From the NCBI GenBank assembly GCA_963782595.1, contig CAWAKJ010000005.1:729581-793580 (forward strand): a stretch of DNA of 64,000 nucleotides. The letters are read 5' to 3'. A program made the translations under genes and the position numbers. Position 1 is the stretch's first letter. Every line of letters starts with the position of its first letter. The notes below the pieces were generated by a model, which was given only the letters and a program-made list of their open reading frames with translations, was not told the origin of the DNA and made no database searches. The DNA is from Vicinamibacterales bacterium (GTDB lineage Bacteria > Acidobacteriota > Vicinamibacteria > Vicinamibacterales > JAMQPK01). Of the stretch, positions 54,689-62,601 are shown one piece after another.

Positions 54689-56211
54689 TGATGGCCGGGA
54701 GCCCGAAGCCGGTAGCCAGTAGCCGGAAGACTGCAGTCTGGAGCCTTGCGGCGGCCGCCTTGATCGCAGCGGCCGTCAGCCTGGACGCCGCTGCGCCTCC
54801 GGTCGTCGAAGCGGTGAAGGACGGAAAGATCGAGGTCATTCGAACACTGCTCTCGAAGCGTGCCGATCCGAATGCCGCAGAAGCCGACGGCACGACGGCG
54901 CTGCACTGGGCCGCTCACTTCGACAATCTGGCCGCGGCCGATCTTTTGATCAAATCCGGCGCGAACGCGACGGCCGTCAATCGGTATGGCGTGACTCCGT
55001 TGTGGCTCGCCTGCATCAATGGCAGTGCGCCGATGATCGAGCGGCTGTTGATCGCGGGAGCGGATCCGAACACCACCATGGCCGAAGGTGACACCGCGTT
55101 GATGACGGCCGCGCGGACCGGCAATGTCGCGGCGGTGCGCGCGCTGCTGACGCGCGGCGCGCGCGTCAATGCGGCGGAACACTGGAAAGGACAGACCGCG
55201 CTCATGTGGGCCGCAGCTGGGAACAACGCGGCGGCCATCGAGGCGCTCGTCGAAGCGGGAGCGGATGTCGGCGCGCGCACGAAGTATCGCACCGTCCCGC
55301 TCTACCAGACGGGCGGATTCGGGCGACGGGCCGAGCGCAATTCCGACGTCACCAGGCAGTCGGGATTCATGGCGCTGCACTTCGCGGTCCGCGCTGGTGC
55401 GGTCGATGCGATCAAGGCGCTGTTGAAAGCGGGCGCACGTCTGAGCGATCCGACCTCGGATGGGACGGGCGTGCTCGTGCTCGCCATCGCGAGCACGCAC
55501 TTCGAGCTCGCGGATTGGCTGCTCGGGCAGGGTGCCGATCCGAACGCGGCCGGCCAGGGCTGGACGCCCCTTCATCAAATCGCGTACACGCGGCGGCCCA
55601 ACACCGGCGTCAACAATCCGGGGCTTGTGCCGAGAGACCCGCTCGACAGCCTGACGCTTGCGCGGCGATTGATCGCGCGTGGTGCCGATCCGAACAAGGT
55701 CGCGACGAAGAATCCCGATGTGACGAGCGTCGGACGCAAGCGTTTGACCGAAGTCGACGCGACGGCGTTCTGGGTGGCGGCGCAAACGCTCGACCTGCCA
55801 TACATGCGTCTGCTCGCGGAGCACGGCGCAGACGTGCTCCGCGCCAATGCGACTGGCGACACGCCGCTGCTTGCGGCATCCGGCCTCGTCATCGAGAAGC
55901 CGGGGGAAAGCCCCGGATCACCTGAAGAGGTGGCGCAGGCGGTCAAGTTCTGCCTGGACAGGGGTGCCGATGCGACGACGGTCGACCAGGACGGCAACAC
56001 GGCCCTTCACGGTGTCGCCGTGTGGGGCTCGACCGACGCGGTGGAAATGCTGGTCACCGCCGGCGCGCGCCTCGACGTGAAAAACAAAAAAGGCCAGACG
56101 CCCTGGCGCATCGCCGAGGGCGCGGTCTTCGAAGACGCGGTGCTCGCGCAGCCCCAGACGGCGGCGTTGCTACGCAAGATGATGGAAGCGCGCGGCCTCA
56201 ACGTCGAATAA
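54688..56211 (+). CDS. Ankyrin-repeat protein with signal peptide (paralog of 1-1274)
   Basis: GTG 54688 (or ATG 54691) overlaps the upstream TAG. Hydrophobic N-terminus AVWSLAAAALIAAAV. ANK units TALHWAAHFDNLAAADLLIKSGANA.. Blocks shared with ankyrin 1 include HWKGQTALMWAAAG. Confidence 0.85.
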   Translation: MMAGSPKPVASSRKTAVWSLAAAALIAAAVSLDAAAPPVVEAVKDGKIEVIRTLLSKRADPNAAEADGTTALHWAAHFDNLAAADLLIKSGANATAVNRYGVTPLWLACINGSAPMIERLLIAGADPNTTMAEGDTALMTAARTGNVAAVRALLTRGARVNAAEHWKGQTALMWAAAGNNAAAIEALVEAGADVGARTKYRTVPLYQTGGFGRRAERNSDVTRQSGFMALHFAVRAGAVDAIKALLKAGARLSDPTSDGTGVLVLAIASTHFELADWLLGQGADPNAAGQGWTPLHQIAYTRRPNTGVNNPGLVPRDPLDSLTLARRLIARGADPNKVATKNPDVTSVGRKRLTEVDATAFWVAAQTLDLPYMRLLAEHGADVLRANATGDTPLLAASGLVIEKPGESPGSPEEVAQAVKFCLDRGADATTVDQDGNTALHGVAVWGSTDAVEMLVTAGARLDVKNKKGQTPWRIAEGAVFEDAVLAQPQTAALLRKMMEARGLNVE

Positions 56212-56253
56212 ATCAAGAAGCTCACCAACAATCAATACCAACAACCAAATACA

Positions 56254-56300
56254 AACAGGAGGTCAGGAGGTGCTCGGTGGTTCCCTCCTGAACTCCTGTT
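56254..56300. terminator. Hairpin built from inverted CCTCCTGA-class repeats between convergent genes
   Basis: AACAGGAGGTCAGGAGG-13 nt-CCTCCTGAACTCCTGTT (16/17 pairs). GTATTT-type tails follow on both strands. Confidence 0.5.
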
Positions 56301-56305
56301 CGTAT

Positions 56306-57235
56306 TTACTTGATGAAGGTGCCAGCTCGCAGCTCCGCGTACGCCTGCTGCAGCTCCCAGTTCGTATTCATGACGATCGGTCCGCGCCACGCGACAGGTT
56401 CCTCGAGCGGCTTGCCCGAGACGAGCAGGAAGCGGATGCCTTCGTCGCCGGCCTGGACGACGATCTCGTCGCCGCGATCGAACAACACGAGCGACCGATT
56501 GTTGACGAGATCAAACTGACCGGCTTCTATTGATCCGGGGGCCCCTGCCCCCCGGCTCGCCTCGCCAACAAATTCTGTCGCAACCGCCTGCGCATCTGAC
56601 GCATCCCGGAACCTGCCCGACCCTGCGAATACATACGCAAACGCGTTGTTCGCGCGATCGACCGCGAGCCGCTTCGTTCGGCCCGGCGGGATGGAGACGT
56701 CGAGATAGCGCGGGTCTGCGGCCACACCCTCGACGGGCCCTGTCTTTCCCCAGAAATTTCCGATGATGACCCGCACGCGTGTACCGTCATCGTCGGTCTC
56801 TTCGGGAATATCGCTCGACGAAATATCCTGATACCGCGGCCGCGTCATTTTCAGCGATGAGGGCAGGTTCGACCAGAGCTGGAAACCGTGCATGCGGCCC
56901 TGTGCGTCGCCCTTCGGCATCTCCTGGTGAAGGATGCCGCTGCCGGCCGTCATCCACTGCACGTCCCCCGCGCCCATCCGGCCGCGGTTGCCGAGGCTGT
57001 CGCCATGTTCGACGGTGCCGGCGAGCACATAGGTGATGGTCTCGATGCCGCGATGCGGATGCCAGGGGAACCCTGCGAGATATGCTTCCGGGTTGTCGTT
57101 GCGGAAGTCGTCGAGGAGCAGAAATGGATCGAAGTCGCTCGTGTTGCCGAAGCCGAAGGCGCGCCGCAGCGACACACCGGCGCCTTCCATGGTTGCGACC
57201 GACTGACGGACGTCTTTGACGGGGCGAAGCGACAT
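56306..57235 (-). CDS. Pirin family protein
   Basis: Start at ATG 57235 with SD AGGAGG 4 nt upstream. Contains GFPWHPHRGIETITYVLAGTVEHGDS and a second cupin half. Confidence 0.9.
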   Translation of the reverse strand: MSLRPVKDVRQSVATMEGAGVSLRRAFGFGNTSDFDPFLLLDDFRNDNPEAYLAGFPWHPHRGIETITYVLAGTVEHGDSLGNRGRMGAGDVQWMTAGSGILHQEMPKGDAQGRMHGFQLWSNLPSSLKMTRPRYQDISSSDIPEETDDDGTRVRVIIGNFWGKTGPVEGVAADPRYLDVSIPPGRTKRLAVDRANNAFAYVFAGSGRFRDASDAQAVATEFVGEASRGAGAPGSIEAGQFDLVNNRSLVLFDRGDEIVVQAGDEGIRFLLVSGKPLEEPVAWRGPIVMNTNWELQQAYAELRAGTFIK

Positions 57236-57251
57236 GGGGCCTCCTGTGCGG

Positions 57252-57276
57252 GTCCGGCTAAAGCCGGACACTACGT
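57252..57276 (-). repeat. REP family 1 copy in pirin leader
   Basis: Minus sense reads ACGTAGTGTCCGGCTTTAGCCGGAC-ccgcacAGGAGGccccATG. Confidence 0.8.
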
Positions 57277-57319
57277 ACTCACATCACGCCTTATGACGCG
57301 GCGGACTGCTGTGGCGGTT

Positions 57320-57425
57320 CACTGCCATCTGCCCTCTGCCATCTGCCCTGACACGTAGGGCGGGTCTTGAACTCCAAGACCCGCCCTACATCACTGCCCT
57401 CTGCCATCCGCCATCTGCCCTGACA
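57320..57425. repeat. REP family 2 palindrome (57355-57389) sandwiched between two direct GCCATCT-heptad arrays
   Basis: Left array is CACTGCCATCTGCCCTCTGCCATCTGCCCTGACA. The centre is GTAGGGCGGGTCTTGAACTCCAAGACCCGCCCTAC. Right array is CACTGCCCTCTGCCATCCGCCATCTGCCCTGACA. Confidence 0.8.
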
Positions 57426-57520
57426 GGCGCAGCTCTCAGCGTCGCCGCTCGTCGTGGAGCTCCTGCCGCAACACAGGCAGTTCGCGTTTGTATCCGTCGG
57501 CGTCGCCGTAGTCTACGAAA

Positions 57521-58024
57521 TCACGGTACCTCAAGTGCGGCCCACGGACACGGTGCGCGTGCCTGATCGGACACCAGTACCTGCTCCGTTCGCGCGGCGA
57601 TCTCGCGCGCATAGCCGAACAGTCCGTTCGCGTAGCCGCAATAGTCGCAGTTGACCTTCTCGATGCCGTTCAAATAGGCCAGCTTCCGGCGATCGAGCGC
57701 GATGTAGTCGCGGCGGCGCACGGGCGCGATCCCGTAAATGGGAAAGCAGATGCGCTGGTAGAGCGACAGCCACGCGTCGAGCAGCAGCAGCGGAACCGCC
57801 AGCGAGTAGATGACCGGGGCCGAGAGCACACTCGGCAGATAGCTCTCGCGGAGAAAACGGCGAATGGACGTTTTCATGCGCCGGTGCTGCCGGTGCACTT
57901 CGGCTTCGAACCGGACTCTTCCGGATTCGATCCGGTAGTGCCATCGTTCCTGCGCAGCGGACATTTCGCGCTCGAGGTCTGCTTCGAGCTCTCGGATGCG
58001 ATCTAATACCTCGAGCATGGACAT
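57521..58024 (-). CDS. Conserved hypothetical membrane protein with CxxC motif; C-terminus displaced by a 1-nt frame break (~57580)
   Basis: SD AAGGAGG lies 5 nt before ATG 58024. Coiled-coil N-terminus, a TM segment VIYSLAVPLLLLDAWLSLY, then YLNGIEKVNCDYCGYANG..ARTEQ. The conserved-looking continuation YWCPIRHAHRV..FVDYGDADGYKREL is in the +1 frame down to 57436. Confidence 0.6.
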   Translation of the reverse strand: MSMLEVLDRIRELEADLEREMSAAQERWHYRIESGRVRFEAEVHRQHRRMKTSIRRFLRESYLPSVLSAPVIYSLAVPLLLLDAWLSLYQRICFPIYGIAPVRRRDYIALDRRKLAYLNGIEKVNCDYCGYANGLFGYAREIAARTEQVLVSDQARAPCPWAALEVP

Positions 58025-58034
58025 GGATACCTCC

Positions 58035-58388
58035 TTACCGCTTTCTGCGACCGGTCGACTTCGGTTCGCGCGTGGCTGCGACATCGATTGCGCGGCGCGC
58101 CCACTCCACGAGCTCCTGCGAACTTTCCAGGATCGCCACCGGCACCTGGTAGTACCGAAACGTCATCGGCCGGTCCGCGTACGGTTTGAAGGCATTCATA
58201 CCCGCCCGCACGTATGCCGCGCGGGTGACGTCGTTCACTTTCAAATACAGAACATCCTGGTAGATGATGCCGAAAAACACCGACCCGCAGTACAAGCCTG
58301 TTCCGCCGAACATCGATCGCGCGCGTACATCTTCGATGCCGCTGAGCCCGTCGAGGACGAAGGCGACGAAGGGGGGTGGCTCACGCAC
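58035..58388 (-). CDS. TfoX N-terminal domain protein
   Basis: VRARSMFGGTGLYCGSVFFGIIYQDVLYLKVND is typical of TfoX_N. It overlaps the upstream gene by 8 nt. Confidence 0.8.
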   Translation of the reverse strand: MREPPPFVAFVLDGLSGIEDVRARSMFGGTGLYCGSVFFGIIYQDVLYLKVNDVTRAAYVRAGMNAFKPYADRPMTFRYYQVPVAILESSQELVEWARRAIDVAATREPKSTGRRKR

Positions 58389-59064
58389 GACTGATCCATT
58401 CCGCGACGGTGTCGTAGATCTCCGTATTCACTTCGGCCTGCCGGGCCTTCGCGTCGCGTCCGCCAATCTTGAACGAATGATCGCTCCCCTGCACCGTGTG
58501 CAGCGTCGGCGGGGGAGAGAGGCCGGCGAGAACGGGTTTCAGCTCTACGGGTGTGCCGAACGTGTCGCGGCTGCCTTGCACGAACAGCATCGGACGCCGC
58601 ACGCCTGGAAGATGCGCATCACGCAGTTGATCCGGCCGCCCGGGCGGGTGCAGGGGATAGCCGAGCAGCACGATGCCGCCGATCGTGGTCGCAGGATCGT
58701 CGGCTGCCACATGCGTGGCCGCGCGGCCGCCCATCGATTTACCGCCGATGAAGAGCCGTTCACGCGCGCTCTCGATTTCCGCGCGAGCAAGATCGATCGC
58801 CGCTCGATAGCACTGAACGAGCTGAGGCATGCGATCGGGCACCTTGCGCCGCTGCTCCATGTAGAGAAAGTCGAACGTCAGCACATCGAGCCCGCGCTCG
58901 CTCAGCGCGCGCGCGACGCCGACCATGAAAGGATGCCTCTGCGGAGCACCGGCGCCGTGCGCCAGGATCAGCGTCACGGGCCGGGCAGGTGGTGTACGGG
59001 CGGAATAGATCAGCGCGGTGGTTCGTCCGTTCTCCAGATCAACGGACGCAGCTCGCGGCTCCAC
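58381..59064 (-). CDS. Alpha/beta hydrolase (KANL3/Tex30-like, dienelactone-hydrolase-like)
   Basis: LILAHGAGAP, GGKSMGG (GxSxG elbow), and LFVQGSRDTFG. Confidence 0.8.
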   Translation of the reverse strand: MEPRAASVDLENGRTTALIYSARTPPARPVTLILAHGAGAPQRHPFMVGVARALSERGLDVLTFDFLYMEQRRKVPDRMPQLVQCYRAAIDLARAEIESARERLFIGGKSMGGRAATHVAADDPATTIGGIVLLGYPLHPPGRPDQLRDAHLPGVRRPMLFVQGSRDTFGTPVELKPVLAGLSPPPTLHTVQGSDHSFKIGGRDAKARQAEVNTEIYDTVAEWISRA

Positions 59065-59201
59065 GCAGCGATTCTATCCCGTGCGCGCCGGTGCGCTCAC
59101 GGAAACGGAATACGCCACACGAGATCAGGAGTTCAGGAGGGACTCTGACGTAACGATGACCTGCGGTAACGGTCGGGATGACAAAGTCGTCTGATGCCTG
59201 A

Positions 59202-59282
59202 ATCGACATGTTAGTTGAGGATATGGTGATCGTCGAATTGAAGTCAGTGGAATCAATTCATCCCGTCCACCTCGCAGACGTT
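59202..59282 (+). pseudogene. Relic of a GxxExxY-family (PD-(D/E)XK-like) gene
   Basis: Translation IDMLVEDMVIVELKSVESIHPVHLADV matches the recalled core LDLLVEDKVIVELKAVEKLLPIHEAQ. A stop lies immediately upstream and similarity is lost downstream. The patch has locally lower GC. Confidence 0.4.
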
Positions 59283-59312
59283 AGGCAGGAGCGTTCAGCG
59301 CAATATTTACAA

Positions 59313-59344
59313 CCTCCTGACCTCCTGACCTCCTGTTCGTATTT
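59313..59344 (+). repeat. CCTCCTGA octamer tandem (3 units) with GTATTT tail
   Basis: CCTCCTGACCTCCTGACCTCCTGTTCGTATTT. A complementary-sense partner GATCAGGAGTTCAGGAGGG lies at 59124-59143. Confidence 0.7.
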
Positions 59345-59421
59345 GCGTTAAGTGCGCCGGGCTGGATCTCCATTTGCAGGGCGACTCAGGTGTTCAGTCA
59401 CGCAATCAGGAGGTTTCTCCG

Positions 59422-60576
59422 ATGCCATCCTTGAATTTCGAACGCAAGACCGCAACGTCGTTGGCAGGATTTCTCGCGGGTGCAGGCGTCGGCGCGGCCT
59501 TCATGTACTTGATCGATCCAAACAGCGGCGCCCGGCGTCGTGGATTGCTTCGCGACAAGGCGGCTCATGTCGCGCAGACAACTGCGGGCGGGATCGGCAT
59601 CGTCCGCCGCGACCTCGCGCAGCGCGCCCAGGGTACATGGGCGAGCGCTCGAGCGCGCCTCAACCCCGGTGAGGCGCCCGATCATGTTCTGGTGGAACGT
59701 GTGCGGGCCAGGCTCGGCCGTCACGTGTCGCACCCGCACGCCATCAAGGTGGCCGCCGATAGTGGCTGCGTGACGTTGCGCGGGGAGATTCTGAAACGCG
59801 AGCTGAAGCCGCTCTTGCGGGCTGTCGCGCGCATCCCCGGTGTCAGCGACATTGACAACCTGCTCGAGCCGTACGAAACCGGCGAAAACATTCCGTCGCT
59901 GCAGGGAGGCCGGCCGCGCCGCGGCGAGCACTACGATGTGCTTCAGACGAACTGGTCGCCTGCGACACGCACGCTACTCGGCAGCATCGGCAGCGCGCTC
60001 GCCGCCTATGGTGCGTCACGGCACGACAGGGCGGGCAAGCTCGCCTGTCTCACGGGGGCGGGTCTCATCCTGCGGGCGGCCACGAACCTCGAAACCAGGC
60101 GACTGCTGGGCGTAAGCGCGGGCCGGCGCACAATCGACATCGAGCAGACGATCCGCATCGCGGCGCCGGTCTCGAGGGTGTTCGATTTCTGGACCCACCT
60201 GGCAACTTTTCCGCATTTCATGAGGAACGTGCTCGAACTGAGGCCTGCAAACAGCGAAGGGCAGTACCACTGGCGTATTGCCGGATCGGGACGCGTGCCT
60301 GTGGAGTTCGATACCGTTATCACGCGGTTCGAGCCCAACCGCGTGTTCGCCTGGAAAACCCTCGAGGGTTCAGCCGTTGCGCACACGGGTGTCATCTATT
60401 TCGAGCCCGACGACGCCGGCGGTACACGCGTCCACATCCAGTTCTCCTGCAATCCGCCTGGAGGCGCCATCGGTCGCGCGCTTACCTCACTGCTCGGCAA
60501 CAATCCGGAAGCGACGATGAATGAGGATCTGGCGCGTATGAAGACCGCTATCGAAAGGCCCGAGGCGCTGATGTAG
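59422..60576 (+). CDS. Membrane-anchored BON-domain + SRPBCC (cyclase/dehydrase, START-like) protein
   Basis: SD CAGGAGG lies 8 nt before ATG 59422. TM segment LAGFLAGAGVGAAFMYLI. BON-like block IKVAADSGCVTLRGEI..IPGVSDIDNLL. SRPBCC-like block IRIAAPVSRVFDFWTHLATFPHFM. Confidence 0.7.
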   Translation: MPSLNFERKTATSLAGFLAGAGVGAAFMYLIDPNSGARRRGLLRDKAAHVAQTTAGGIGIVRRDLAQRAQGTWASARARLNPGEAPDHVLVERVRARLGRHVSHPHAIKVAADSGCVTLRGEILKRELKPLLRAVARIPGVSDIDNLLEPYETGENIPSLQGGRPRRGEHYDVLQTNWSPATRTLLGSIGSALAAYGASRHDRAGKLACLTGAGLILRAATNLETRRLLGVSAGRRTIDIEQTIRIAAPVSRVFDFWTHLATFPHFMRNVLELRPANSEGQYHWRIAGSGRVPVEFDTVITRFEPNRVFAWKTLEGSAVAHTGVIYFEPDDAGGTRVHIQFSCNPPGGAIGRALTSLLGNNPEATMNEDLARMKTAIERPEALM

Positions 60577-60578
60577 CG

Positions 60579-61001
60579 TCAGCTGCTGTGATCGCGCCCG
60601 GTGAGGCGATCGAGGAAGTTCACGATCGTCGAGAACCCTTCGGGTTTGAAGAAGACGAACCCGCGCTGCTTGGCGATCGCCACTTTTTCGGCCTCGGTCA
60701 GAAGGCTGCCCGTCACGATGAGCACCGGAATGTCCTGGAATTCAGGTATGCGGCGCAGGTCCGTCAGCACGTCAAGGCCGGTCCGGCCGTCCGGGAGGCG
60801 CATATCGAGCATCGCCGCGATGACGGGCGTCGTGCGCAACAACTCGATGGCGCCGTCCACGGTCTCAGCCTCGACACACCCGTACCCGGAACCCTTGAGA
60901 AACCGGCGCGCGGCGTGCCGGACAAACGGTTCGTCATCGAGAACGAGAACAGTTGGGGACTCAGAGCCTGGATTCGAATCTGATTGCACGGCGTCGCACA
61001 C
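60579..61001 (-). CDS. Stand-alone response-regulator receiver domain
   Basis: VLVLDDEPFVRH..AAMLDMRLPDGRTGLDVL..PVLIVTG..FFKP. GTG start; convergent with the previous gene, separated by a 2-nt gap. Confidence 0.75.
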   Translation of the reverse strand: MCDAVQSDSNPGSESPTVLVLDDEPFVRHAARRFLKGSGYGCVEAETVDGAIELLRTTPVIAAMLDMRLPDGRTGLDVLTDLRRIPEFQDIPVLIVTGSLLTEAEKVAIAKQRGFVFFKPEGFSTIVNFLDRLTGRDHSS

Positions 61002-61213
61002 CTAAAGGTAACACCGGACCGTCAGACGAATTCGTAACGCGACGACGCAAATTGCCGCCCTGACGACTGGATGGGCTGATAGTAGCAGATACCGCTATCC
61101 TGGGGCAGGCGATAAGTGTCAGCGTCGCAGACAGTTATGTCCAATGACCAATTGGACGCGTTTCGGCCTCACCCTTGCTGAACCCCCGTCACGGCTACCC
61201 CCTAGGAGGTCAG

Positions 61214-61318
61214 ATGTTGATGTGGGTTCTCATTGTGTGTATGGGCGTTGTGGGCGGCGTCTGGGTGAAGACCCGGAGGCAGCGCAAGGCCAAGACGGCG
61301 ACCTATGTCGGGAACTAG
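61214..61318 (+). CDS. Candidate 34-aa single-TM small protein
   Basis: AGGAGG (61205-61210) lies 3-4 nt before the ATG. Product MLMWVLIVCMGVVGGVWVKTRRQRKAKTATYVGN has a hydrophobic helix and a basic tail. It is below the ORF-track size cut-off. Confidence 0.35.
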   Translation: MLMWVLIVCMGVVGGVWVKTRRQRKAKTATYVGN

Positions 61319-61539
61319 ATCGAAACGCCCCGTAGGCCGGGCGCGCTGGGGCGGAGCCCGGCGCACTCGGCCCACCCGGGGCGTGCCCGCCTGGGCATTG
61401 CTCTCCGCGGCACTCTCGCCCGAGCATCGCGTGCATCCAGGACGGCCGGATGTTGATGCCGCCGTTCAACTTGCTGTCCAGATTGCGCTCTCCAACCAGC
61501 GCAAGTTCCGGTACAATCTCTAACGCTCGGAGTCCCGTG

Positions 61540-62601
61540 ATGCGCCAAATTGCTGCCGCCACGGCAGCCTTGTTGCTGCTTGCCAGCGCACCAGTGCGCG
61601 GGCAGGACTTTGTCTACGAGGTCTTCGGCGCCTACCTTGAATCTCTTCGCGACCAGGCCGGCATACCCGGCCTTGCTGCCGCCATCGTCGACGCCAATGG
61701 CATCGTCTGGGAGCGTGCGTACGGTCGGCAGGATATCGGCCGCTCAATCGCGACCAGGACCGACACGACGTTTCACGCCGACGGACTGACCCAGACGATG
61801 ACGGCGGTGATGGCACTCCGCTGTTCCGAGGAACGTCGCATCGATCTCGACGTACGAATCGGGTCGATTCGTGACGACGCGCCCGAACCGGACGCCACGA
61901 TTCGGCAGTTGCTCACTCACACGTCCGGAGCGCCAGAAAGTCTCACATTTGCTTACCGGCCCGAACGGTTGGCGCCGCTGTGGCCGATACTTCGCTCGTG
62001 CACCTTGGACTCCTATCGCGAGACCTTCGCGAACCTGCTCAGGCAGCTCGGGATGTTCGAATCGGTGCCGGGTCCGAACATCATTTCGGTCGTGCGAGGG
62101 GACGAGGGCGTGCCGGACCCCGTCGATGTCGAGCGCTACATCGCGTTGCTGCAGCGTCGGGCCACGCCGTACGTCGTCGACGATCGGGGCCGTGCCACGC
62201 AATCTGCCTATCCGGAGGCCGCCGCAACGCTTACGACCTCGACCGGCCTGGTCACCACCGTGCACGACCTCGCGAAGTTCGATCTCGCGCTGCGGCAGGG
62301 CATTCTGGTGACGCAGTCCACGCTCGACGCCGCATGGAGCGCGCCTGCCAATTCAACGGGCGTGGCGTTGCCGCACGGCATGGGCTGGTTTGTGCAGAAC
62401 TACAACGGCGAGAAGGTGGTGTGGCAGTTTGGCCTTGCCGACAACGCTTCGTCTTCGCTGATGATCACGCTACCCGCCCGCGGGCTCACGTTGATTCTGA
62501 TGGCGAACAGCGACGGCCTGGTGCGGTTGTATTCGCCGACCAACGGCGACGTGTCACTATCGCCGTTTGCGAGGTTGTTTCTGAACTTGTTTGTCCGGTA
62601 A
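61540..62601 (+). CDS. Beta-lactamase/transpeptidase-fold protein lacking the SxxK catalytic motif
   Basis: Start at ATG 61540 (MRQIAAATAALLLLASAPVRGQ). The family pattern F-x-(I/A)-(A/G)-S-x-(T/S)-K-x-(F/M)-T-A reads FHADGLTQTMTA here, with Ser replaced by Gly and Lys by Gln. Confidence 0.75.
   Translation: MRQIAAATAALLLLASAPVRGQDFVYEVFGAYLESLRDQAGIPGLAAAIVDANGIVWERAYGRQDIGRSIATRTDTTFHADGLTQTMTAVMALRCSEERRIDLDVRIGSIRDDAPEPDATIRQLLTHTSGAPESLTFAYRPERLAPLWPILRSCTLDSYRETFANLLRQLGMFESVPGPNIISVVRGDEGVPDPVDVERYIALLQRRATPYVVDDRGRATQSAYPEAAATLTTSTGLVTTVHDLAKFDLALRQGILVTQSTLDAAWSAPANSTGVALPHGMGWFVQNYNGEKVVWQFGLADNASSSLMITLPARGLTLILMANSDGLVRLYSPTNGDVSLSPFARLFLNLFVR

Noticed and set aside
60326-60336. 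tRNA T-arm-like GGTTCGAGCCC
   Set aside because: It lies inside a well-supported CDS, with no acceptor/anticodon cloverleaf around it. No tRNA or rRNA signatures were seen elsewhere.
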